A stretch of DNA of 64,000 bases from a virus (lineage: Duplodnaviria > Caudoviricetes), in IMG/VR virus record IMGVR_UViG_3300032227_000318, positions 32,001 through 96,000 of that record; one strand, written 5' to 3'. Position 1 is the stretch's first letter; the number at the start of each line of letters is the position of its first letter. Position numbers and translations under genes: made by a program. Below, piece after piece: positions 48,425 to 56,223 of the stretch. The notes beneath the pieces were generated by a model that saw only the letters and a list, made by a program, of their open reading frames with translations, made no database searches and had not been told where the DNA came from.

Positions 48425-48840
48425 TAATAACTTTTACCTTCAGCATATCGCTGTCTTCTATAGTGTCTGCCATTACCTTTATTTGCGCCTTTGTAAGTTG
48501 GCGTTTGTGAATGGCAGTTTGGACAAATCAAACATAGATTTTCTATGTTGTTATTCTCACTGTTGCCGTCTTTATGTTCTAAATCAAATACGATTGATTT
48601 ATTGTTCCATTCAGTTATACCACAAGTATAGCATTTGTTGCCGTATGTGTCAATGATATATTTTTTTATCTGTCTTTTACCAGGAACAACACCCTCTTCA
48701 AGCCAATTTTTTATCTTGTCTTTACGAGTATATTCATGTTGACACTTTTGTGAACAATATTTACCAGTAGATGAATATACATTTCTTACTGTGTGTTCTT
48801 TATTACAATTTTGACAGACTATGATTCCTGATTTACCCAT
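48424..48840 (-). CDS. HNH homing endonuclease
   Basis: KYCSQKCQ, CYTCG, DLEHKDGN..NN..NLCLICPNCHSQT; TATAAATA at 48867-48874. Confidence 0.88.
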   Translation of the reverse strand: MGKSGIIVCQNCNKEHTVRNVYSSTGKYCSQKCQHEYTRKDKIKNWLEEGVVPGKRQIKKYIIDTYGNKCYTCGITEWNNKSIVFDLEHKDGNSENNNIENLCLICPNCHSQTPTYKGANKGNGRHYRRQRYAEGKSY

Positions 48841-48900
48841 GTTATACCTCTATGTTTTGGTATAACTATTTATAATACACAAATGTTCTACCATTTGGAT

Positions 48901-48975
48901 TGGTGGAGGATAACGGAATCGAACCGTTTTCTCTGCCGTGCAAAGGCAGCGTTTCCCCAATAGCACTGATCCCCC
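48901..48975 (-). tRNA. tRNA-Ala(TGC)
   Basis: Cloverleaf, G3.U70, CCA. Confidence 0.9.
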
Positions 48976-48980
48976 GTTAT

Positions 48981-49094
48981 TTACATGCACAAATCTTCAT
49001 AAAGGACAGTATGTTTCCTGTGTGTGGCAAGATCACCATCACGATCATCATTGTACCACAGCGTGGTAAAAAAGTCAACTATAATATCAAACAT
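48981..49094 (-). CDS. Micropeptide (37 aa)
   Basis: MFDIIVDFFTTLWYNDDRDGDLATHRKHTVLYEDLCM; AAGGA RBS; internal TTGACT-17-TACAAT promoter. Confidence 0.5.
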   Translation of the reverse strand: MFDIIVDFFTTLWYNDDRDGDLATHRKHTVLYEDLCM

Positions 49095-49111
49095 TCTATT
49101 TCCTTTTGTAT

Positions 49112-49185
49112 TGGCACCAGTGCAAGGATTCGAACCCTGACAAGCAGTTTTGGAGGCTGCCGTGCTACCGTTACACTACACTGAT
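49112..49185 (-). tRNA. tRNA-Trp(CCA)
   Basis: Cloverleaf, CCA. Confidence 0.92.
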
Positions 49186-49191
49186 ATGAAT

Positions 49192-49268
49192 TGGTCGGAG
49201 TGGTAGGATTCGAACCCACGACCCTTCGCTCCCAAAGCGAATGCTCTACCAGACTGAGCCACACTCCG
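49192..49268 (-). tRNA. tRNA-Pro(TGG)
   Basis: Cloverleaf, CCA. Confidence 0.95.
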
Positions 49269-49274
49269 TTATAC

Positions 49275-49348
49275 TGGCGACCTATGCGAGACTCAAACTC
49301 GCTACACCTCTTAGACAGAGAGGTGTGATATCCATTCACTAATAGGCC
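49275..49348 (-). tRNA. tRNA-Asp(GTC)
   Basis: Cloverleaf, CCA. Confidence 0.92.
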
Positions 49349-49354
49349 TTGAAT

Positions 49355-49429
49355 TGGAGAACCAGGTGAGAATTGAACTCACGACACGCGGGTTAAGAGG
49401 TCGCTACTCTACCACTGAGTTACTGGTCC
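49355..49429 (-). tRNA. tRNA-Lys(CTT)
   Basis: Cloverleaf with two anticodon-stem mismatches, CCA. Confidence 0.88.
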
Positions 49430-49435
49430 TTGAAT

Positions 49436-49511
49436 TGGCTGGATAGCTTGGATTCGAACCAAGGACATCCTCGTTAACAGCGAGGCGCTCTACCGCTGGA
49501 GCTACTATCCA
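49436..49511 (-). tRNA. tRNA-Asn(GTT)
   Basis: Cloverleaf, CCA. Confidence 0.93.
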
Positions 49512-49513
49512 AT

Positions 49514-49655
49514 ATTCTACTTTCGTCAGTAGTCACATCATCATATGAGATTCGAACTCATGCCTGCGCCGCTTCTGCGGCACCGTGCTTCCCCTACACC
49601 AATGAATGACTTGTCGCGGTGGCCACCTGCTAGTGACTACTGACGAAAGTAGAAT
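49514..49655 (-). ncRNA. Anticodon-less tRNA-like domain inside a 23-bp perfect stem
   Basis: IR 49514-49536/49633-49655; D arm, 7-bp arm with AGAA loop, T arm ATGAG-TTCGAAT-CTCAT. Confidence 0.7.
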
Positions 49656-49801
49656 GTGAGGCTGTGCTGAGTCACAGACACTCACTGGATATTTCGCTAC
49701 TCAGTGCGCCTTTGAGAAGAGCAAAGGTACTCATAGGAACTTAACAATGTCAATCAGCGACCGCGTCTATCTTGCCCGCGCGGCTGGGAAACTCTCTCTT
49801 A

Positions 49802-49837
49802 CATACTGGATATAGTGTCTCAAGGTGCTGGTTTCAA
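49802..49837 (-). promoter_or_regulatory. Repeated early promoter driving the tRNA array
   Basis: TTGAAA-N17-TATATCCAGTATG. Confidence 0.75.
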
Positions 49838-49889
49838 GTCTTTTCTTATTCTTTTTTCGTATATCTGCTATGCACTAGACACAACCCTG

Positions 49890-49928
49890 AAAATGAAAGA
49901 ACCCCGAAACTTTCGCTCCGGGGTTCTA
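49890..49928 (-). terminator. Intrinsic terminator (attenuator)
   Basis: AGAACCCCG/CGGGGTTCT stem then TTCATTTT. Confidence 0.85.
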
Positions 49929-49950
49929 AGAAACTAAGTCTATCTAAGAC

Positions 49951-50031
49951 TTAATACATAGAACCCCCTACACCTGCCCATGATGGCTGGCGTGTCTCTT
50001 GATTAATCGTGAAGGGGCAATAACGTTTCAT
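49951..50031 (-). CDS. Putative attenuator leader peptide MKRYCPFTINQETRQPSWAGVGGSMY
   Basis: 22 distinct codons in a row; contains antiterminator GGGGGTTCTA (49959-49968). Confidence 0.75.
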   Translation of the reverse strand: MKRYCPFTINQETRQPSWAGVGGSMY

Positions 50032-50055
50032 TTCCGTCTTTCTTAAACTGTACTC

Positions 50056-50096
50056 TATTTAGTATACATCCTAGCAGGATTTTATTAGGTTGTCAA
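50056..50096 (-). promoter_or_regulatory. Tandem sigma70-type and late promoters of the leader
   Basis: TTGACA-17-TAGGAT and ACTAAATA. Confidence 0.7.
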
Positions 50097-50105
50097 CTTT
50101 TTTTT

Positions 50106-50182
50106 TGGTGCGAAAGGTGGGACTTGAACCCACAGAACTCGGTTTTTGAGACCGATACGTATACCTATTCCGTCACTCTCGC
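50106..50182 (-). tRNA. tRNA-Leu(CAA), short variable loop
   Basis: TCGGT-CTCAAAA-ACCGA, CCA. Confidence 0.9.
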
Positions 50183-50186
50183 TTAT

Positions 50187-50278
50187 TGGTCGGCGTGCTT
50201 GGATTCGAACCAAGTCAAGAACACTCATCTAGTGCTAAAGGGATTATAAGGCCCTCCCGTGTACCAACACCCACGCCG
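50187..50278 (-). tRNA. Atypical tRNA with TAT anticodon (Ile-AUA reader?)
   Basis: CGGCGTG/CACGCCG acceptor, CTTATAA loop, minimal D loop, long variable arm, CCA. Confidence 0.75.
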
Positions 50279-50282
50279 TTAT

Positions 50283-50732
50283 TTACATTACAGAAAAGAA
50301 TCCAAGTGTGGCATCATTATATTTCTTGTCTCTTTTTCTATCCCAACCACGCTTTGCTCTTTCACTTCTGTCTTGTGATGTAAGTTTTGCTGCTGACGCT
50401 TTACCACCAATTGAGCCAAACTTATCTTTCACTTTATCATAACCTTTTCTGGCATTCTCTTTGGTAAAGCCACCAATGCCACCTTTTCTCATATTATATG
50501 TCTTATTAGTGTTAAAGTCAACAGTTAGTTCGGCTTCTAGCTTGTATGCTTCATCTTTCGATTCAGTGATGAATAAGACTTCTTTTTTGAAGTTGTCTTT
50601 TCCATATTTTCTTAATGCTTCTTCAATAGCACGACCTGAACCAAAATATACATCACTTGGATTGTTTGTTTTATGAACACCAATATAGTGTTTATTGTTG
50701 ATTAGATTTATTGTTTTATATACAGTATACAT
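50283..50732 (-). CDS. GIY-YIG (Seg-like) homing endonuclease
   Basis: YTVYKTIN...YIGVH, YFGSG, YGKDNFKKEVL, YN...GG; TATAAATA at 50754-50761. Confidence 0.85.
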   Translation of the reverse strand: MYTVYKTINLINNKHYIGVHKTNNPSDVYFGSGRAIEEALRKYGKDNFKKEVLFITESKDEAYKLEAELTVDFNTNKTYNMRKGGIGGFTKENARKGYDKVKDKFGSIGGKASAAKLTSQDRSERAKRGWDRKRDKKYNDATLGFFSVM

Positions 50733-50767
50733 CCATTATCTCCTCAGTGGATGTATTTATAGTAAAA

Positions 50768-50843
50768 TGGTGCGACCACCAGGACTCGAACCCGGAACCA
50801 GACAGGTATGAACTGTCAGCTCTAACCGTTGAGCTATAGTCGC
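50768..50843 (-). tRNA. tRNA with CAT anticodon (Met or Ile2)
   Basis: GACAG-TTCATAC-CTGTC, CCA. Confidence 0.88.
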
Positions 50844-50847
50844 TTAT

Positions 50848-50934
50848 TGGTGCGGGCGGTGGGACTCGAACCCACAACGTTTCTATTGTAGCAAATTTTA
50901 AGTCTGCCGCGGCTCACCATTACGCCACGCCCGC
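50848..50934 (-). tRNA. tRNA-Leu(TAA)
   Basis: Cloverleaf, long variable arm, CCA. Confidence 0.93.
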
Positions 50935-50942
50935 TTTATTGT

Positions 50943-51209
50943 TTAGTCCTTCATTGCGCCGGACATGAAGCCCTTGCGAGGATCACCCCACTCAGTCTCA
51001 GCACGAACACGAACATATCGCGCGCGAGTGTCGGCCGTATTAGGATTAGGCACAGTGACCCACGGGTTCTTACCCTTCAACCAGGCTTTCTGCAAGAGTG
51101 TCCACTTATCAATAGCGGAACGTTCACGCTTGATAGCCTTTGACAGGCTGCGATTTGCTTCACGCTCACCCTTAGAGGTGTAAGCAGACTTAGACTTCGG
51201 TGCAGACAT
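50943..51209 (-). CDS. Hypothetical basic protein
   Basis: TSKGER, AWLKGKNPWVTVPNPN. Confidence 0.65.
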   Translation of the reverse strand: MSAPKSKSAYTSKGEREANRSLSKAIKRERSAIDKWTLLQKAWLKGKNPWVTVPNPNTADTRARYVRVRAETEWGDPRKGFMSGAMKD

Positions 51210-51233
51210 TCACTTTCTCCATTATACTATAAT

Positions 51234-51309
51234 TGGCGACCCCTGCACGACTCGAACGTGCGACACCCTGTTTAGAAGACAGGTACTCTATCCACTGAGC
51301 TAAGGGGCC
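51234..51309 (-). tRNA. tRNA-Arg(TCT)
   Basis: Cloverleaf, CCA. Confidence 0.93.
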
Positions 51310-51744
51310 ATTGAAACTTATTTATGCTACTTCGTAGGCAAATCCCTTGACATAGCAACCATCTAGAAACCGATGGCCAGTCTTATGGGCATCATCACTA
51401 TCTACGAAGAACTGTTCCCAGATACAATCATCATTCTCAAAACAGTATAGCATGAATCCTACACGGTTGTCAAGAATATAAAAATCTACATCATAAGACC
51501 TAACCATTATGCGACCTCACGAAGCTTAATGCCAGTGATTCGTTCATCCGCAATGAGAGAAACGGGATACTGAGGATTACCTGTGTGCAAACGAAAAGTA
51601 CCAACGGGATCATGTCGCTCACTTGCTACTACCTTTCCAGATTTGATAGACACATTATTCATCACACCATACTTATAATGTGTGCGAACATGGATCATAT
51701 CGCCAACTTTGATTTTCCACTTAGTCTTGATCATCTTGTATATC

Positions 51745-52263
51745 TTACTTGGTATTGATCGCCTTGTCAAGCTTGAAAAGCTTACCGTTCATGTACATCT
51801 TACCATTCTTGAACTTGATCTTTTCTGACTGGAGCATCACCTGATAGAACAGGTAGAGCGAACGGTCACGACCATAAGCCTCAATTTCCCAAGGCCAGTT
51901 GAAGTAGTCTTCCATAGAGTTAGTCAGTTTGAAAGTCTTACCCTGCCACTTTGCAGTGATCAACTCATTAGACAACTCACCCCTTGCGTACTGCTTCACA
52001 TGCACCATTTCATGCGCGAGGCACTGGAGCATTTTGTACCGCTGCATTCCAGGTCTGATACCAATCTCAAAGGACTTAGGGCGCCGTTCAGAATCGACAG
52101 GGTAACAGCCACCCTCATTGCGCCCCTGATCCTCAAGCCGAATTTCAATATCAAGCTTTTCTGTAAGTCTGGTGCCCATGATATAGTGGGCAAAGAAAGC
52201 AGCAGCGAACTTGAGTTCAGCCTTGCACATAGCCTTGGTTCTGCCGACGATATTAATATCCAT
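51745..52263 (-). CDS. Zinc metallopeptidase-like protein
   Basis: LAHEMVHVKQY, PWEIEAY. Confidence 0.8.
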   Translation of the reverse strand: MDINIVGRTKAMCKAELKFAAAFFAHYIMGTRLTEKLDIEIRLEDQGRNEGGCYPVDSERRPKSFEIGIRPGMQRYKMLQCLAHEMVHVKQYARGELSNELITAKWQGKTFKLTNSMEDYFNWPWEIEAYGRDRSLYLFYQVMLQSEKIKFKNGKMYMNGKLFKLDKAINTK

Positions 52264-52868
52264 TGAGTTCACCATTCATATACATTGCATAGAAGCCCCA
52301 AATCGTGAAGCCGAGGCCGATTGTGCCCATCACAATCTGAAGTCCGAGACCAGAAGTGGCTGAGGCGCCGATAACCATGCCGAGCAGAAACCTGAGCATT
52401 AGAATATCACCGAGAAAACATTGTACCAGAACCAAATCAGAAACGCGAACGAGAGTCCGCAGAAAGTGACACGGAACAGAATATCGAAAGAACGATTAAG
52501 CATTAACGAAGTTCCCTAAGACGCAACTTAACCCACAGTTCAATTTCATCAGAATGATGGTGATATTCCTCGACGGTCATTTCAGAACCTTCGGCCAGAA
52601 AAGCAGCATCAAGCTGAGTCATCATCCATTCAGCTTCACCTTCAATCTGATCTTCCGAAGTGTAGTGCTTAGACATGTTTATTCTCCTTACCATTCAATA
52701 CGATACTTGGGCATCGGGTAGTCCCGACGAAAGAACTTATTTTCATCCATCATAGCAGTACCAGACATATTCTCATACCGCTTAGAGAAGACAACCTTAC
52801 CACTTTCATTTTCAGTAACAACAAGAAGGTATTCACCCCAACGATATGTCATATTAATCTCCGTTGTT

Positions 52869-53061
52869 ATATACTATAGATAAGATCGGCAAGTCGGTTT
52901 TTCAAGAGCAGCAAACGCAACTCTGATATGCGCGGAACGCATGTCTTGTCTGAACGTATCACCGTGTCTCATATACTGGATATAGTGATGCGACCCTCTC
53001 TTTTCAATGTCGAATAATGCATAGCCCTTATGCGCCATGTGCATATCGTAAGCCTTTGATT
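52869..53061 (-). promoter_or_regulatory. Two tandem repeated early promoters with GCAT/ATGC boxes and IHF site
   Basis: TTGAAA at 52895 and 53007; GCAT-N7-ATGC-N7-GCAT 53019-53044; IHF consensus 53049-53061. Confidence 0.75.
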
Positions 53062-53201
53062 TCATTATTGATTTTCCACACTCGCCTGGACGCGCGTGGA
53101 GCGTCTCCGTCTGGCGAGAGGCAGACATAGCGGCCCAGACCAGAAAAGCGCCTCCAGAGCTTTGGAAACGCTTTTTCGTCTGGATTGCTATGTGGAAGAT
53201 G

Positions 53202-53450
53202 CTACGTACCGAACATGATACCAAACTTCTGGTTGATATTATCGTCAATTATGGTGGTCTCTATTGGCGTCAGTATGAAGCTCGGTGTCCATCCTGCAAA
53301 AGCGCCGCCTTGGTCCATAAATTTAGCCCTCTCTATTGCTTCTTCTTCAAAAACAAAAGCTTCAATCAATTGATCTGAATCATTCTCCATCACACACCAG
53401 ATAAAATCATGGTCGTCTGTTTCAAGTGGAATAACATTATACTTATTCAT
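53202..53450 (-). CDS. Conserved hypothetical protein
   Basis: GGAFAGWTPSFIL motif downstream of helicase. Confidence 0.65.
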   Translation of the reverse strand: MNKYNVIPLETDDHDFIWCVMENDSDQLIEAFVFEEEAIERAKFMDQGGAFAGWTPSFILTPIETTIIDDNINQKFGIMFGT

Positions 53451-53452
53451 CT

Positions 53453-54850
53453 TTACACCTTCAATGATTTGAACTTGTTTAGCTTTTTTACCATCTTATC
53501 ATCTGCTCCTTGTTTTTGCCCACTATCGACAATATCCACTTGAGCAGAATTCTCTACATCATACAACTTCATTTTTGATCTGTCAATACCTATCACAAAC
53601 TTTTTGTTTGTTGATGGATCATTGTATCGGTTCTTCAACTGCTTTACCATGATCTGACCCAGTTCTTCCAATGTCTCAGAAGTAATGAGTGCAAACATGA
53701 AGTCTGCTGTTGCAGGTAGACCAAATGATTCGGATGTATCCTCAAGGCCAATGTCTGTAGACACAAAGCCGCTTCTCGTTGTCTGAGTGGCCGAAACAAT
53801 CGGCACTTCAAACTCAACCGCTAGACCACGTAACTCTTCAGCGATAGACTTGATATACGTGTATGAGTTGACACCATTACCAGGCTTTATACGCGAAGAG
53901 GTGCAGATGTTCAGATAGTCAATGAAGATAATATCTGGCTTGAATGACTTCTTTAGGTTCAACTCATTGAGTAGAGCCTTGAAATGCATAGAGCCGGCAC
54001 CAGCCGTCGGATACTCTTTGACAATCAACCGACCATTCGTCTTTGACTTAAGAGCATTTGCTTTCTTCATGTACAAATCTTTTGGCAAAGCCATCAGATC
54101 ATCAAACGTAATGTTCATAAGATTGGCATCAATACGCTTAGACACTTCTTCTTCAGCCAACTCTAGAGTGATATACAAAACATTCTTACCCATGTTCAAA
54201 GAAGATGCAGCAACATGACACATGAACAAAGACTTACCAACACCAGTACCAGCAAGTGCGATATTCAGTGTCTTCTTTGGTAGGCCATTCTTTGTGATCT
54301 TATTGAAGAACTCTAGATCAAACGGAATCTTCTCTAGTACCTGATGGTAATATTCATATCGTGCTTCAAAGTCGTTCAGATAATCATGACCGACATTTGG
54401 ATCAAACGATACAGACAATGCATCAGATAGAATAGATGGGATAGAACCAGTAGTCAGTGTACCATGCTTTTTATCCATAATCTCAATTGACTTCATGATA
54501 GCATGATACAAAGCCTTTTCTTGACAGAACTTTTCAGTGCTATCAATCAACCACTGTTCATTTGGTTCACCTGTCTCTTGTGGCAAATATACATCAAGGA
54601 AGTCGATTACGCTTTTGACCTGGTCTTCTTTAATATTCTTCAGACTTTCAATTTCAATCTTTAGAGATGTTCGGTCAGGCCGAGCATTATACTTGAGAAT
54701 AAAGTTTTGAATCTCGGTGTAGAGAATTCTTTCACTCTCTACACCGAAATACTCAGGCTTCAGAAACGGCAGTACCTTACGGACATAATTTTCATTCCTC
54801 AACAAATTCGTCAGAATCGTTTTCTCTAAGCTCTGATTTTGCAATGTCAC
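53453..54850 (-). CDS. 41: Replicative helicase, T4 gp41-like
   Basis: LAGTGVGKS, DYLNIC, AEELRGLAVE, SATQTTR, SESFGLPATAD, QLKNRY. Confidence 0.97.
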   Translation of the reverse strand: MTLQNQSLEKTILTNLLRNENYVRKVLPFLKPEYFGVESERILYTEIQNFILKYNARPDRTSLKIEIESLKNIKEDQVKSVIDFLDVYLPQETGEPNEQWLIDSTEKFCQEKALYHAIMKSIEIMDKKHGTLTTGSIPSILSDALSVSFDPNVGHDYLNDFEARYEYYHQVLEKIPFDLEFFNKITKNGLPKKTLNIALAGTGVGKSLFMCHVAASSLNMGKNVLYITLELAEEEVSKRIDANLMNITFDDLMALPKDLYMKKANALKSKTNGRLIVKEYPTAGAGSMHFKALLNELNLKKSFKPDIIFIDYLNICTSSRIKPGNGVNSYTYIKSIAEELRGLAVEFEVPIVSATQTTRSGFVSTDIGLEDTSESFGLPATADFMFALITSETLEELGQIMVKQLKNRYNDPSTNKKFVIGIDRSKMKLYDVENSAQVDIVDSGQKQGADDKMVKKLNKFKSLKV

Positions 54851-55121
54851 TATCTACTACCTCCAGAATCATTTCATTAAGAATTATACCAATATGGTAT
54901 TCAAATTCTTTGCTTCTACGCAAATTGGTTTCAGTGTGCTTTCCCATTTCAATCAGATCATAACTGAAATTGAGTTTAGCGGAACCATTTTCCAATTCAC
55001 TGACACTAACATTTGTGTATCTCAGTATAACGCCTTGATACTTCTCTGTCAATAATTCTATAGGTACAGTGTCATATTTTTTAAGGTCATCACGAAACTT
55101 GTATATCTTACCAGGACTCAT
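54792..55121 (-). CDS. gp40-like head vertex assembly chaperone (positional)
   Basis: Between uvsX and 41; [20 protein letters not shown]. Confidence 0.6.
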   Translation of the reverse strand: MSPGKIYKFRDDLKKYDTVPIELLTEKYQGVILRYTNVSVSELENGSAKLNFSYDLIEMGKHTETNLRRSKEFEYHIGIILNEMILEVVDSDIAKSELRENDSDEFVEE

Positions 55122-56173
55122 TCGTTTTCCTCCACAGTTGTAACACTAGATTTGCCATAGAGGAATTCATCCTTACACTTTTCATCAATAAGGTCGAGAA
55201 TGGCCTTAGTGAAGAACTTTTCAGGATTCTTTTCTATAGCCGATTCAAACGCTTTAGTGCCGTCCGGTAATTCAAACTTGTTTGAGACCTTCTTGAAGAT
55301 ACCGAACTTCTCAGCGAGGTCAAGAAGTCCATAATAAGGATCAAGACCAGTTGCATAATCAAGTAGCGTTTCAACTTTCTTATTCTCGATTGTTAGTCGA
55401 GCCTTCTTAAGATTGGCCGTAATGATGGCACCTGTTACAGAATTATCGGACTTGTCCTTATCTTTCTTCTTAGATAAGAAAAGAATAGTTGAGGCGGCAT
55501 ACTCAAGGCCAGAGCCGCCACCCATCTTCTTGGTTGGCACATATGAACCAACAACATCGTAAACGTGATTGGTCACAATGAGCGGCACCTTAGCCTTGCC
55601 AAGCTTGAGAGTAAGAACACGGAATGCACCACGCACCAACTGAGCGCGGGTCATGTCGCGTGTGTCTTTACCATCTGCAATATCTTCCATCTCTTTAGTG
55701 GTTGATAGATTGCCAAGTGAGTCGAGAACAAACAACATCGGCGGCCGATTTTTATTTGTCTTATCTTCAATGTACTTGTCGAGGATCTTTACGGCTTGAG
55801 TTCTAAACTCTTGGATAGTTGCGACCGGCACAACAGCGACTCTCTTGGTGTCAATGTCTCTATCTGCCAGCATTTGCTTAGAGATTGCGGATTCAGATTC
55901 GAAGTAGAAGACGAATCCTGTTTCGTTGTCTCTGAGGAACTGTCTGACAATATTGATTGCGTAAAAGGTCTTGCCTGTTGAAGGTTCACCGGCGAGGGCA
56001 GTGACTTTATTAGCAGGGAGGCCGCCGTATATACTGCCAGATAACAGAGCATTGAGACTATAAGAACCAGTGCCGATGAAACCAGTAACATCACCAGCTT
56101 CAACACCATCATCAGCAATTCCTGCATATTCATTATCAATCTCCTTAAGTAGGGAGTTAAACATATTACTCAT
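55118..56173 (-). CDS. uvsX: RecA-like recombinase
   Basis: [44 protein letters not shown]. Confidence 0.95.
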   Translation of the reverse strand: MSNMFNSLLKEIDNEYAGIADDGVEAGDVTGFIGTGSYSLNALLSGSIYGGLPANKVTALAGEPSTGKTFYAINIVRQFLRDNETGFVFYFESESAISKQMLADRDIDTKRVAVVPVATIQEFRTQAVKILDKYIEDKTNKNRPPMLFVLDSLGNLSTTKEMEDIADGKDTRDMTRAQLVRGAFRVLTLKLGKAKVPLIVTNHVYDVVGSYVPTKKMGGGSGLEYAASTILFLSKKKDKDKSDNSVTGAIITANLKKARLTIENKKVETLLDYATGLDPYYGLLDLAEKFGIFKKVSNKFELPDGTKAFESAIEKNPEKFFTKAILDLIDEKCKDEFLYGKSSVTTVEENE

Positions 56174-56223
56174 ATTGATTCTCCAATATTATGTGAAAGT
56201 CACGATTCTCCGTGACAGAGTAT

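Noticed and set aside
49514-49655. Retron msr-msd or MITE
   Set aside because: No reverse transcriptase or transposase in the window, single copy, interior is tRNA-like
44459-50383. Plus-strand ORFs across the tRNA region and minus ORF 49079-49339
   Set aside because: Shadow frames of tRNA genes
43008-51309. Stop-codon reassignment or suppressor tRNAs
   Set aside because: No CTA, TTA or TCA anticodon; core genes are intact in the standard code and all three stop codons are used
10008-53248. Shared HYIQYM peptide in ORFs 10008-10346, 19427-19828 and 52874-53248
   Set aside because: It is the translation of the repeated promoter CACTATATCCAGTATATG, not a protein motif; true starts are downstream
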